From: Candidatus Bathyarchaeota archaeon
Lineage (GTDB): Archaea > Thermoproteota > Bathyarchaeia > Bathyarchaeales > Bathycorpusculaceae
DNA: 64,000 nt
Assembly: GCA_963775685.1 (NCBI GenBank)
Contig: CAVZJV010000014.1
Span: 1,728,001 to 1,792,000, forward strand
Direction: 5' to 3'
Positions 31,760 through 42,820 of the stretch are shown one piece after another. Numbering within the stretch: the first letter of the stretch is position 1; every line of letters starts with the position of its first letter. Under the pieces are notes generated by a model. The model was not told where the DNA came from and ran no database searches. It was given only the letters and a program-made list of their open reading frames with translations. Both the position numbers and the translations under genes were made by a program.

Positions 31760-32164
31760 TTAAAATGATTTTTGCATATATTCCAGCAAACTAAAATGGT
31801 TGCCTTCTGGGTCAAGCGCCAGCGCCCACCAGCCTAAACCCGGAATCTCCATCTTCGATACCACGATTTTGCCGCCTAAGTCTACAACCTTCTTGCTGTA
31901 CTCCTCCACCGACTCCACCGAGATGTAGTTTGTCGGCTTAGCGAGCTCTGGCATCGAGAAATCCTTTTTCGCATAAAGTCCACCATTGACGCCCGGTCGA
32001 ATAGGCATCATAGTTTTTTCGTCCACAGGAACAGTTCCTACAAGATAGTAGATTGTTGGTCCAGGATACTTATTCATCGTTCAGCCAAACAGATCCATAT
32101 AAAATTTTTTCATCTTTTCAATATCGCTGGCAGGAATTTCAAAATGTACAATTGTATGATCCAT
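31760..32164 (-). pseudogene. VOC/glyoxalase family protein with one in-frame TGA
   Basis: MDHTIVHFEIPASD..FYMDLFG*T...GGKIV...DPEGN; TGA at 32081-32083. Confidence 0.8.
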
Positions 32165-32262
32165 TAAAAATCACCAATCCTAGTAATTTTGTGAATTATA
32201 AAAGAATTGCTATAGGGTTTGTAATCAAAATTAATTAAAATAAAATAAGAATATGGGATGGC

Positions 32263-33696
32263 TTATGGTTGCCATTTCTCTATGAGATATTTGGGTATCT
32301 CGCTACTGTCGCGTGGTCCAACTTGGACTTTCCAGCCGCTGAGTTCTTCGATTTCGCCGCTGATACGTGAGGCTTTGCCTGGGCTGATGATTTTGCGGTG
32401 TTTAACTTTGCTCTCTATGCCTGAGGCTTTGATTGCATCTGCGACGCGCTCGGCGGTTAGTTTGCGTCCTGCGACTCCGCTGTCGATAGCTGAGCCTTCT
32501 GTGTCAACAACGATCAGGTACGCATTGAGTTTGTTGCTTTCGATGTCTGAGGCGACTGTGTAGTAGGTTAGGGCAAAGTTTGAGGTGAAGAGGACTGGTG
32601 CGTTTTCGTCTGGGGTGCCGTAGACTTTGAGTCCTGGTGCAACTGCAACTGGTTTGCGTGGGTCAGTGTAGATGTTCTGGCGCAGTACTGTTGTCGGGAG
32701 TAGGGCCCATCCGTCGTTGCCATGCATGACAAGTACATCTGCGTAGCGGACAACAAGCATTGAAGCGACGTATGCTTCGCGCCATTTGATAAGGTCGTCT
32801 GCTGTGTTGCCTTTGTCTACCCAAGCGACCATTGGAACACCAAGTAAGGGGAAGCCTGCGAGTTCTTCGCCACCTTTGGTTGCTGCGCGGCGTAGCATGG
32901 TAAAGTTGTTTATAGTGTCTGGTAACCCTTCGTTTATGAAGGTGCCAGGGTCAAGAACTATGTCTGTTACACTATAAGCCAATAAGGTTTTCGCTAGTGA
33001 AACCAACGTGTTCAGGTCGTTTGGTGAAGATGCTACGATTGGGCAATTGTACATTAATGCGAGTTCTGCCATGTCTTTCCAGTTGCTTGAGGTTGCTGCA
33101 TAGAGCAGTGGGCGTGCTTTTGGTGCTGCCATTAAGCCCGCTTCAGCAATTGCTGGGTTGAGGGTGCACAAAATCATCGGCAGTTGGGTTATTTCGGATA
33201 CTTTTTTAACGCATACTTTGAATTTGTCTGCGTCTTCGGATGTGCATCTGATGGCTATCATGTCGAGTTTTAGGGTGTTGCCGATGTATTCGAAGGTAAA
33301 GTTATCTGTTTTTTGTACGCGAGAAACGATTTCTTGCTCACTCATCTCATCGGTTACGTCGATTGCGATGGCTGTGGGGTTCTTGTATGTGAATTCGTGA
33401 CGGTACATTACAAGTTTGCCACCGATTTTCTTTGCTTTGTCTCCGACGCCGACGATGACTTCTTTAACTGCCGGTTTTAGCATTTCTTTTAGTTTAGCGT
33501 ATGATGTTGCGTTTTCTGGTTTAAGCAGTGGTTTGCAGCTGTCGAGTTCCGTTTCGCGGTTAACGATTTTTGTTGCAAACGCCATGCAGTTGTCTACGCC
33601 GCATTCTTTACAGTTAATTTTTGGCAATGCCTTGTAAATGTCGATTGGGCTAAGTTCTTTTAATCCGCCTTTTTTCTTTTCTGCCATTTGTGTCAT
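32263..33696 (-). CDS. cdhE: ACDS complex gamma subunit (CFeSP large)
   Basis: LPKINCKECGVDNCMAFA, IYTDPRKP, NFALTY, GPRDSS. Confidence 0.95.
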   Translation of the reverse strand: MTQMAEKKKGGLKELSPIDIYKALPKINCKECGVDNCMAFATKIVNRETELDSCKPLLKPENATSYAKLKEMLKPAVKEVIVGVGDKAKKIGGKLVMYRHEFTYKNPTAIAIDVTDEMSEQEIVSRVQKTDNFTFEYIGNTLKLDMIAIRCTSEDADKFKVCVKKVSEITQLPMILCTLNPAIAEAGLMAAPKARPLLYAATSSNWKDMAELALMYNCPIVASSPNDLNTLVSLAKTLLAYSVTDIVLDPGTFINEGLPDTINNFTMLRRAATKGGEELAGFPLLGVPMVAWVDKGNTADDLIKWREAYVASMLVVRYADVLVMHGNDGWALLPTTVLRQNIYTDPRKPVAVAPGLKVYGTPDENAPVLFTSNFALTYYTVASDIESNKLNAYLIVVDTEGSAIDSGVAGRKLTAERVADAIKASGIESKVKHRKIISPGKASRISGEIEELSGWKVQVGPRDSSEIPKYLIEKWQP

Positions 33697-33702
33697 GTCT
33701 CC

Positions 33703-36339
33703 TTAAGCTTTTACGTTGACCCAGCTTGCGTATTTGGCTGAATCTGCTTTTTTGCCGCTTGTTAGGTAGTTTGTGACGTCTTTTAGTGTTTTAACGGCTG
33801 CAGGATGCATCATCATGAATAGGTCAACGCCTGCAAGCAACAGGGTTATGGCTGTTGTTACTTCCCAGAGTGGGCCTCGGAGTTCGCGTGGTTCCCATTC
33901 AGCGCCCATTTTGAGCCATGCTTCTCTTGCTGCCCAAGCGTTGGTCGTGCCTGAGGACATAGGGTGTGCAAGTTCTGAGTCGCCCATTAAGCCGCCCATT
34001 CTGGCGCGTTCCATGTTTGTGAATGCGTAATCTAAGCCGTAGCCTAAGGCTGCTGTAGTTAGGTCCATAACGATGTCTTCTCTTTCGACATAGTCATAAA
34101 GGCGTCTATTGAGTTCGCGTGCTAAATTAAGGTCCATGGGTGTAAATGAGAGGATTGCATGGCCTGCTTTTTTGATGAATTTTGCACATTTTTCTACGTC
34201 CATGTCGCGTGTAACAGAGCTGATTAGGAAGCGTTCACCTGGGAACTGAGCACATACTTCTTCGAAGACTGCTGTGTCTTTAACTGGGTCTCCACATCCG
34301 CCTATGACAATTGGTACGTCTACTGCTTGCAGAACTTTCTCGATGGTTTTACAAGCTTCTTTTGGTGACGAATCTTTGAGTAGTGGGTCAATACTGATCA
34401 AATGCATCGTAACCATGTCTGCGCCGAATTTTTCGACTGCAAGTTTTGCCCATGCTGCGGGATCGCCGACGACGTCTTTAACGTGCATCTTAACCGCCTT
34501 TGACAGGGGGACTTCCATATCGAAAACATCTAGAGTAATGACTGGTTTGTGAGGCATAGGATTCTCAAAAGTGTAGAAGGCAGGAGATACTTCTCCGCCG
34601 ATTGTGAGTGATCTTCCGCGTGTGCCGCCTTCGCTTTTTGTTGCACCAAGTTTTACTTCAGTGATTTTATTGGGGTATTTTTCGATTGGCGGTAGGAAAG
34701 CTGCCTGGAGCATACTGAGGGGTTTGCCACCTGCTATGGCTGCTTGTGGAAGCTTTAATTTGGGCATTATTTGGCCAGCTGCGCCTGCTTCGAAGAGGAT
34801 TTCCAGTTCTTTGACATCCATTTGGAAATCTTCCAGCTCAATTTGTTGGAATTTTGCAAGAGCTTCCATGAGCTCCTCGCTTAGCTGTAATTCTTCAGCG
34901 TCTTTTTTCTTGTCTGTGTCGTGGTGAGTCGTTGGAATCACCGTTTGTCTTTTGACGGTTTGGATGATGACTTTGTTTGCGTAGATCTTTGCGTCTTTTA
35001 AGATTATCTTAAATCCGCCCGCCATTATGGGCAGTGAGCCTGCTGTCGCAACTGGCAACATTGTGCCTGCTGCTTCCTCGTTAACTGTTATAGCTTGTGC
35101 TTCTGCGGCTGGAGCTTCTGTTTCCCATTTCGCTACGACAGGGTGGTTCTTTGACTTCAAGAATGCTTTTAGTTCATCGACATTCTTGGCATCTTCTTCA
35201 GTAGCAATTTTGTCAACAACGTCTGCGGGGATGAAATCTTTTACTTTTTCTTTAACTTCTTTAGGTACCCAAACAATGCGATTCCAGCCACCATCTGCCG
35301 CAAAGAATTTCTTACTTCGCATGTATTCGATAGACATTCCGTGGAATCCGTCTATCTGACGTCCACCTGCTGCTGAATCCGCAAGGGTACTGAAGGGTAA
35401 GCCGTTTACCGCTGCGCCTTTGAAGTTTCTTTGAACTACACCTAGTCCGTCGACTTCTGGGATGTAGAAGGTTACTGCTTCGAAGCATCCGCATGAAGTG
35501 TGTGGATGGTCAAATGCTGTGTAGAGCCAGACTTGGTTAACTTCGCCCATGCTGCGTTTCTTGGCTGCTTCGTTAACACCGCTAAATTCGCCTTTCTCTT
35601 CGTTGAGCATTTCGCCTCTTGGAATTGCGAAGACTGGACCCTTAGGATCGATGCTTGCTGAGGCTTTACCGTCAAACCAGCTGATTGCACCGCAGTTACT
35701 GTAACGTTGTGGTGTGATGACGCAAACGTGGCTTGGGGCGAATGATTGACATAGGGCACATCCATAGAATGTATCGACCTCCGAGTCTTTAAGACCTCTG
35801 GCTTTTGCGTCGCGTGATTCGTAGGCTTGAATGGCCTCAGGGGTCATTTCATCGAGTTTTGCTGGGTCGGTTATGAAGGTTATTTGTGCTTTCTCGATGA
35901 TTGGCAACTCACTCTTGAATAGACGGTAGAGAACTTTACCGATCGCATCAAAGCTTGTTAAACCTTTTTGGAAGGATTTTTTGCCCAATCGAATCCAGAT
36001 GTCGTATCGCTGGTTTAGGTGCATAAAGCCCTCAATGTAGTTTAGGTATCCGTGAATGCGCCTTTCAATGACACCTTCAAGACCTGCATCGATTTTTTCG
36101 CCTGCTGCTTCAACAAGGATACCGAATGGGTAAGCGCCGCCTTCTTTCATGTCTTTTAAGTCTGGACCGATGATGGTGATTTTTCCATCGTCGATTTCAT
36201 TCATGGGTTTTACTTTTGCCAGTTCAAACTTTTGTTTGACTGTGGGTCCGCCGAGTTCTACTTGCATGTCATTTCTTCGGATACGTTCTCCTTCGTAGAT
36301 TACGCCAACTTCAACAGGTATATCTTTAAACATTGACAT
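33703..36339 (-). CDS. cdhC-cdhD: ACDS beta subunit (about aa 1-469) fused in frame to delta subunit (about aa 470-878)
   Basis: Beta: YGCALCQSFAP, HTSCGCFE; delta: GATKSEGGTR, LGYGLDY, AWAAREAW, MMMHP. Confidence 0.92.
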   Translation of the reverse strand: MSMFKDIPVEVGVIYEGERIRRNDMQVELGGPTVKQKFELAKVKPMNEIDDGKITIIGPDLKDMKEGGAYPFGILVEAAGEKIDAGLEGVIERRIHGYLNYIEGFMHLNQRYDIWIRLGKKSFQKGLTSFDAIGKVLYRLFKSELPIIEKAQITFITDPAKLDEMTPEAIQAYESRDAKARGLKDSEVDTFYGCALCQSFAPSHVCVITPQRYSNCGAISWFDGKASASIDPKGPVFAIPRGEMLNEEKGEFSGVNEAAKKRSMGEVNQVWLYTAFDHPHTSCGCFEAVTFYIPEVDGLGVVQRNFKGAAVNGLPFSTLADSAAGGRQIDGFHGMSIEYMRSKKFFAADGGWNRIVWVPKEVKEKVKDFIPADVVDKIATEEDAKNVDELKAFLKSKNHPVVAKWETEAPAAEAQAITVNEEAAGTMLPVATAGSLPIMAGGFKIILKDAKIYANKVIIQTVKRQTVIPTTHHDTDKKKDAEELQLSEELMEALAKFQQIELEDFQMDVKELEILFEAGAAGQIMPKLKLPQAAIAGGKPLSMLQAAFLPPIEKYPNKITEVKLGATKSEGGTRGRSLTIGGEVSPAFYTFENPMPHKPVITLDVFDMEVPLSKAVKMHVKDVVGDPAAWAKLAVEKFGADMVTMHLISIDPLLKDSSPKEACKTIEKVLQAVDVPIVIGGCGDPVKDTAVFEEVCAQFPGERFLISSVTRDMDVEKCAKFIKKAGHAILSFTPMDLNLARELNRRLYDYVEREDIVMDLTTAALGYGLDYAFTNMERARMGGLMGDSELAHPMSSGTTNAWAAREAWLKMGAEWEPRELRGPLWEVTTAITLLLAGVDLFMMMHPAAVKTLKDVTNYLTSGKKADSAKYASWVNVKA

Positions 36340-36342
36340 TTT

Positions 36343-36892
36343 TTAATTTCCTCCATTATTTTCAAATTTTGAGGTCATTACTTTGAGGTTTGCAGCCCAC
36401 TCTTCAAGAGTTGCGTTTGGGAAAGACCAGCTTGCGTGGACGTGGTAGAGGTTGTCGATGGTCATGGTTTTTTGATCTGGTGCAAAGTGCTTCATGCCTG
36501 AAAGCATCAATGATTCAACATAGTATGGTAGTCCAACCAAGATAACTAGGATCGGGGTGGCCTTTGCCGTCCAGTCCCATCCATTCTGGGTCAACTACGC
36601 GCTGTCCGATTTCCATTGCGTTCATGAATGCCGCTGGTTGGTAGCCTCTTTTGAGGAATTCGCCAACCATATGGGCTGTTGCGACAACTGGCACTTTGGA
36701 GGCGTTAGCGAAGTCAACTAGGTATTCGATGAGTTGTTTGCCTTCCATGTACCTCTCAGTGGCGTTGCTTCCGACAATAAGAAGGGGACGTTGGGCGCGT
36801 TTTATCATTGCTACTGCTATTTCGGGTTTTTGTATGGGGTTTGCTTTTTTAGTTGATGCGATTTCGGCACATTGCCATGGTTCACAGGACAT
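36343..36892 (-). CDS. cdhB: ACDS epsilon subunit, 1-nt frameshift near 36549
   Basis: AMIKRAQRPLLIVG, WMGLDGKG, GLPYY, LKHFA-like MKHFAP, HASWSF. Confidence 0.88.
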
Positions 36893-36907
36893 TGTTTTTT
36901 CCTCCGT

Positions 36908-39255
36908 TTACTCCTTCATCTTGCGGACCATTCTTGGAAGCAAGGTTGGGTCCGGAATTACTGTTTCTTTCCAGTTGTGTTCTGCGAGGATTTTCTCGAA
37001 TTCTTCTTTCATGGTCATTGGGACATCAGCCATCGTTCTCACATATAGGTGTAGGTCATTGGGCATGACTCCGAGGTATCGTTTGCTTAAGTCGACGTAG
37101 TGGCTGAGTTTAATGCTGCGTCCTTTCCATGTGTCATTGGGTCTGATGCAGAGTTTTGCGATTGCAACCATACATTCCTCTTTAGTTTCTGCTATGTTGA
37201 AGAGGTGTTCTGGTGCTGGTCCGACGTTAACTTTGTCGCCTGTTCGTGCGTCTAGGACTTCCCAGTTTGATGGGTCTTCTTTTCTGCCAAGGAGCATACG
37301 TCTGTATTTGACACCGTGTGGACCGACAAGGACTGGTACGCCTAAACGCCAGAATCCTGAGGCAATTGATGCTGCTTTCTGTGAGTATGCGCCCCAAGCT
37401 AAGCCGACTGCACCTAAGCGGTTGTGGATATAATCGGCGATTTCTTCGTAGTTGCCTCTTAGTGGACGTTTAGCGAAGATGTTTGCTACTTTGATTGCTG
37501 CGCCGGCGATGTGGCTGTTTGCGACGCATGAGCCGACGTTTAGGACTCCTCCTGCTTCGAATCCGCCTGGGAATTCTTCGTAGAGAGTTTTGCCGTCGCT
37601 GTTGCGGTAGCTGCCTGCGGACATGGCTGAGCATCCTGAGAGAACGACGATGTATCTTCTGCTTGCGAATTCTCGGCAAATATCGTAGACATCTTTGCCG
37701 CCTTTTGGATAGTTACTGCAGCCAACTACGGCAACAATACCCGGGATTTCTCCTAGGACGATTGGGCTGCCGACATTGCGGATTTCGACATCTGAGACTG
37801 CTCCTCTGCCTACGCGGCATAGGTTATCTTCGCATTCCATTGATTTTTCTCCTGCTTTAATGATGAGGCTGTGGATCATAATTTTCTGCGGGCATGCTTC
37901 TTCACATCTTCCGCATCCAATGCAGGTCTCATAGAGGTCTGTAAGTAGAGATATGTCGCCTTGGGCAGCTGCTTTCATGGCTGCTGGAATTGCGTAGTCT
38001 TGTGGGCAGTTGCGTTGGCAACTCTTGCATTGTGTGCAGGTCTTTGCGATTTGTTGAAGTTCCTCTAGGCTTGGGAGAACGTTCTTTCGTTTGCGGACTG
38101 GAGCAACAGCTTGTGCTACGCGGACTGCGACTTCGCCGACTTTTTCTGGGTCGAGAATCAGTACGCCTTTCACTTTACCGCAAACAAGGTCAGAGACGAT
38201 TTCGTCAGCTGGGTCGTTTGTGCGGTTCTTGAAGCCTACGCAGTTCTTTTCTGAGGCTGCGATGACTGGTGTGCCTACTTTGGCTGCTTCGTCAGAGATA
38301 TCTGTTCGGATACATTGCTCGTCGAGGACAACCACGTCTGCTAGGCCCGCGCGCATGAACCTTAACTCCCAGCTTATTGGACCAACTATTTTTGCACGGT
38401 TATAGTATCGAGTTGTATCAAGAGCAGTACAGCATAAGCCGACAATCTCAATTTTATCGTCGACTTTGTTATCTTTTGCGAAATCGATAATTCCAACCGA
38501 GGGCATAACGTTATGGCCGATGCACATGACAACTGGTTTGGCTCGGTCGACGCTTGCAATGCCAAGTTTTACTAGGGGGCTTCAGGGTCAGCTTTTGGGA
38601 AGCCTAAGGCGGATATTTGTGCGATGTCACCGACTTCCATGCCTACGTGGTCAATCATGCCTACGTGTAATGCTTTTGATTCGAAGTCTAAGTTATTTCC
38701 TTCTTGGCCTGTGTGTCCTACTGCGAGAACTTGGGTGATTTGTTCTTCGGTGTAGGTTAAAATGTCGTCTAAGTCACCGAGTGTTTCAGGTTTTATACCA
38801 GTGACGAGGCGGCTGACTGGTGCTTCAACTTTTATGTTTAATCCGCCGACGTCTAAGGGGTACCTGCGGCCATATCTTTCAATTAAGGAGTGAAGAAGAT
38901 GGCGCGAGTGAGCTGTGTGGCAGGCTGCTCCGATTGCACAAGCTAACATCACAATACGGGAAGATTGGGTTGCGATGTCTAAACCGCATGCGCCCCGTTT
39001 TCCAGCTGTCAAGTCGCATTTGCCAAAAGTACATAGACAGCAAAGATCACAGTCGGGCATGTAAAAGGGCTTGTACTTGGTGAGAAGTTTCATGTCCCAA
39101 TCCCGAAGGGCTGTCAAGGAGGGCATTGGGGTTGGACCCATCGGCTCATTATAGTTGTCATTCATAACTTTGCCGATGGATAATTCAAGATTTTTAATAA
39201 GACCACTATTGGTCTTCATTTCGTCTATTTTTACATGGACGTTTTTAGTTGTCAA
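36908..39255 (-). CDS. cdhA: ACDS alpha subunit (CODH), 1-nt frameshift at the G5 run near 38575
   Basis: CDLCCLCTFGKC, HTAHSRH, GHN, GLCCT, DEQC, two CxxCxxCxxxCP, GSCVAN. Confidence 0.93.
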
Positions 39256-39391
39256 TTTGGAAACCTCTGTAAAGGTTTATGACTATGCTGCATTACAGAG
39301 TTTTTAAACCTTTCCAGTTTTCTTAGGCAAAAGTCACGGTGTAGTTATAGAAATGCAAGGTTTCCAAAAAATTGTGTAAAAGTTCTATGGA

Positions 39392-40156
39392 TTAAAGATA
39401 ACCCAGGGATTGAAGGATTTTTTTTACTGAAAAGTAGGCTTTGTTGTTGTTTGAGAGCTCAAGAAGGGATTTTCCATCTAGAACAAACTCATCTAACTCG
39501 TCGTCAGCCTCGATTTTGCCTAAATATTTGAATTTTAAGTCAGCTTCTGCTTGCTTGCCCAATTCAGCAGGGAAACGGTAGCCACCCACTATGTAAAAGT
39601 TTTCAAATTGCATGTCAACTTCCTTGGCTATTTTGTAAGCCCGTCTGACATGATCTTGGGACTTCTTGGAATGGTCCAGTATGTCAAATACATCGTTTAC
39701 ATTGGAGGTTATACGTCGGTTGAGGTTTTCCAGACCGGCTGGAGAATCTATGAGTACGTACTTGTAGGTTTTAGTTAGCGACTCTAAGGCGCCTTTAAGT
39801 GCGGAGTTTGGCATACAGTAGCATCCTTCGATCCATTTGGTTCCTACCGCCATAAAATCGAAGTTTTTGCTTTCATAGAGCCCGTTTTCCCAGATGCGGC
39901 TTTCAATACGCTGTGTTGGAGGAACGCCGACTGTAGTGCCTCCGCCTTTGATAAAGGTGCTAACTATGAGGTCAGCTATAGTTGATTTACCTGCTTCTTT
40001 AAGGTCAACCCCAAGCATCTCTGCTAAGTTTTGATCAGGGTCAGCATCAACCAAAAGAATCGGAGCCTGATTAGCTTCAATAAAGGCTTTTGCCATGAGG
40101 GCAGTGAAGCTGGATTTTCCTGTTCCACCGCGACCAATAGTCACTAAAGTTTTCAT
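39392..40156 (-). CDS. cooC: CooC/AcsF-type Ni-insertion ATPase
   Basis: GRGGTGKS, DADP, EGCYC, DSPAGLE. Confidence 0.85.
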   Translation of the reverse strand: MKTLVTIGRGGTGKSSFTALMAKAFIEANQAPILLVDADPDQNLAEMLGVDLKEAGKSTIADLIVSTFIKGGGTTVGVPPTQRIESRIWENGLYESKNFDFMAVGTKWIEGCYCMPNSALKGALESLTKTYKYVLIDSPAGLENLNRRITSNVNDVFDILDHSKKSQDHVRRAYKIAKEVDMQFENFYIVGGYRFPAELGKQAEADLKFKYLGKIEADDELDEFVLDGKSLLELSNNNKAYFSVKKILQSLGYL

Positions 40157-40173
40157 ACAAAGCCACCTCAAGT

Positions 40174-40953
40174 TTACGCTGTTTTCTTAATCAAAAGCTC
40201 GCATATATTGTCTATGGTCTTAACCGCAGCGATTTCTTTGTTTTTAAGCGGGGTTACTCCAAGCATATCGGCCTCGATGACTTTTTGGTCGAAGGGCACA
40301 AATGCAAGCAGGTTTAGCCCGTTTTTGTCTGCGAAACTTTGAATTGCCTCTTTTTGGGTGTCGTTCATCACTCTGTTTCCGATGAGGTAGAGATGTTTCA
40401 TTCCGGCTTTCGATGCCAAGTCATGGATGTGTTTGGCGATTTCCAGCGATTTCAGGTTGGAGTCCGCTACTATTAGCAATGCGTCAACTTGCCGTGCGGT
40501 GCCTCTGCCGATGTGTTCTACGCCCGCTTCGAGGTCTAAAACCACCGCTTCATTCCGATCAACGACCAAGTGTCTTAGCAAGGCGCGGATGACTGCATTT
40601 GGGGCGCACATGCAGCCTGCTTCCATCGCCTGCACTGTACCCATAACAATCAAGTTTGCACCCAATGGAGTGGGAATAGAGTAGTCTTTGACGATGTCGT
40701 CAACCGTGAAATTCAAGTTATAAATACTATTGTAGCCAGTGCTGGTTTTAGACTCTACCAGCGGCTTATTTTCTGTAATGGGCACGATTTTTCGGGTTTC
40801 CTCAGCTGATAATCCCAACGTTAAACCGAGGTTTGGAGAGGAATCTGCATCAATCGCAATTGTTTTTAGTCCGCGTTCAACAAAACCACGCGCTAAACCG
40901 CCAGCAATCAAGGTTTTGCCAACGCCGCCTTTACCAGCAACAGCAACCTTCAT
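40174..40953 (-). CDS. cooC: CooC-type Ni-insertion ATPase
   Basis: GKGGVGKT, GCMC, DLEAGVEHIGRG. Confidence 0.88.
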   Translation of the reverse strand: MKVAVAGKGGVGKTLIAGGLARGFVERGLKTIAIDADSSPNLGLTLGLSAEETRKIVPITENKPLVESKTSTGYNSIYNLNFTVDDIVKDYSIPTPLGANLIVMGTVQAMEAGCMCAPNAVIRALLRHLVVDRNEAVVLDLEAGVEHIGRGTARQVDALLIVADSNLKSLEIAKHIHDLASKAGMKHLYLIGNRVMNDTQKEAIQSFADKNGLNLLAFVPFDQKVIEADMLGVTPLKNKEIAAVKTIDNICELLIKKTA

Positions 40954-41036
40954 AAAATCACAAACAGAAATAATTTCTTTCTCAAACTATTTTATGTTTT
41001 CCCTTAAAGTTAAGGATAAAATGTTTGCTGCATCAA

Positions 41037-41999
41037 TCAGAGTTGATAGAGGTTGCCGACACTATTCCAGATAAAAGCGTCGGGAAACTCTTGGTGGATT
41101 GCAGTTATGGCTCGCCAACCTGTACAATGTGAGGGTACAATAAACGCTGGATTTATTCTTGCTAGTTCGGTAAGGGTTGAAGCAATTTTTGTTTCGAACC
41201 CTCGTCCTGCCAAATGAAAACCACCCATGACTGCATAAACAGTTTCGATCCCTGTGATTTGTTTAGCGTAGCTGATGGAGTTTATTATGCCAGCATGAGC
41301 GCACCCTGATAGAATCACTAAACCCTTGTGTTTCACATTCATTACGAAGGCGCGGTCGTCAACAATCAAGGGGTCAGGCTGCCAAGAGCCGTTAACGAGA
41401 GTTTGATGATGCGTTAAACCGTTTTCAAAGCTTGTCCCTCGAGGTATCTCGCCTGTCACGCAGACTTGTCCATTGGCAACTAGTGAAGGTTGCTTAGTAA
41501 AGATGAGTTGAGTTGATTTTAACTGTGTTTGAGTAGGGAAGTCTGGGTACTTGCGAATTGTTCCGTCGCGCGAAGCAGTTCCACGAGCCTTAAACATATC
41601 TTCATGAACAATCAGAGGCAAACCCGTTTTTCCCACTGCTTCAACAACGGACAGTAAACCGCCGAAGTGGTCGTAGTGCCCATGGGATAAAATAACAAAC
41701 CCAACTTCGCTAAGATTTAACCCCATAATCATTGAATTATCGATGATTACTCTGGGGCTGCCACCTGTATCAAAGAGGAGACTTTCCGATTTTCCCCCGC
41801 TAAAAACCCGAATCAACATCGAGAAGCCATGCTCGGCAACCGGCATTTCAGAATGCCCAAGCCGCGGTTTGGTCGTTTGCCAAAATGATTGAACCTGCTT
41901 GTGACTAACGGTTGAGAGAAAATCTATGGAATTATCCACCAGACTAACAACTTCTACTTTATCAACCTCTCGAAGAAGGGAAGCAGAGTTTGTGTCCAT
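41037..41999 (-). CDS. Metallo-beta-lactamase fold hydrolase (COG1237-like)
   Basis: AEHGFS, FDTG, SHGHYDHFGG, GCAHAG, GGFHL, HCTG. Confidence 0.85.
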   Translation of the reverse strand: MDTNSASLLREVDKVEVVSLVDNSIDFLSTVSHKQVQSFWQTTKPRLGHSEMPVAEHGFSMLIRVFSGGKSESLLFDTGGSPRVIIDNSMIMGLNLSEVGFVILSHGHYDHFGGLLSVVEAVGKTGLPLIVHEDMFKARGTASRDGTIRKYPDFPTQTQLKSTQLIFTKQPSLVANGQVCVTGEIPRGTSFENGLTHHQTLVNGSWQPDPLIVDDRAFVMNVKHKGLVILSGCAHAGIINSISYAKQITGIETVYAVMGGFHLAGRGFETKIASTLTELARINPAFIVPSHCTGWRAITAIHQEFPDAFIWNSVGNLYQL

Positions 42000-42016
42000 T
42001 TTGATTTCCCAGCCCG

Positions 42017-42595
42017 TTAGAGTGTGCCCTTATAGTTGTTTTTTGTTGGGCAACCAACACATTTTTGGCTTTCAAATCGGTTGCAGGGATCGCATTCTAC
42101 CTTGCAAGGTGTTACTTTACGCTCTTCTTGGGCTAGGTTTTGCCTTATTTGAAGGAACGGCGAAAAGTAGGTTTCGCTTATGGGATAGAATTCTGAGCGG
42201 CGTATTCCTTTGCTGCATCGAAGGGAGCATTTTTCCATGGATATGCTCTCAAGGGTTTCTTTTGTTTCTGCAACAACTAGAGCGATTAAATTGTAGCCGC
42301 CCATTGTTTTGAATATTTGGATAACGCGGGGGCATTCTTCGAAGCGATCTAGAACGCTCTGCATTGCTTCTGCACTCTCCATTTCCAGCATCACGATTGC
42401 GGGATGAAGCTTGAGGACGTTTGAATTGATTAGGGCGGATACTTTTATCGTTCCATTTTTTATGAGCCTTTCGAGCCTTTTCTTGGTTCCCATGCTTGAG
42501 AAGCCTGTGGTTTTGGCTAGGTCTTGTAGTGTTGTTCGTCCGTCTGTTTGTAGTTGTGCAATTATTTTTTTGTCTATTTCGTCCAAAGTCTTCAC
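42017..42595 (-). CDS. Lrp/AsnC regulator with C-terminal Cys-rich extension
   Basis: LDEIDKKIIAQLQTDGR HTH, GGYNL, tail CKVECDPCNRFESQKCVGCP. Confidence 0.88.
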   Translation of the reverse strand: MKTLDEIDKKIIAQLQTDGRTTLQDLAKTTGFSSMGTKKRLERLIKNGTIKVSALINSNVLKLHPAIVMLEMESAEAMQSVLDRFEECPRVIQIFKTMGGYNLIALVVAETKETLESISMEKCSLRCSKGIRRSEFYPISETYFSPFLQIRQNLAQEERKVTPCKVECDPCNRFESQKCVGCPTKNNYKGTL

Positions 42596-42627
42596 TGTTT
42601 ATTTTATAAATATAAACTATTAATAAT

Positions 42628-42803
42628 GTTTATCTATTAAACTTTTTCCAGAATGTTAAAAGTGAAACCATTGAGTACTTAGGAAAAAGAAGAAAAGATC
42701 TATTTTCACAGAACCGGTTCTTGGTCGTTCTCGAAGACGCGCTATTCAGCCAAATTAGTTTATTTATTAAACAAAACATATTAATATCATTTATTTATTA
42801 AAC
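42628..42803. promoter_or_regulatory. Divergent promoter with GTTTA-N5-TAAAC palindromes
   Basis: Perfect copies at 42628-42642 and 42758-42772; 1-mismatch copies at 42789-42803 and 42597-42611. Confidence 0.65.
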
Positions 42804-42820
42804 TATCACAAGACAAGTGG

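Noticed and set aside
36343-39255. Programmed frameshifting or pseudogenisation of cdhA/cdhB
   Set aside because: Single-base indels with all catalytic motifs intact and no slippery heptamer; assembly error is simpler
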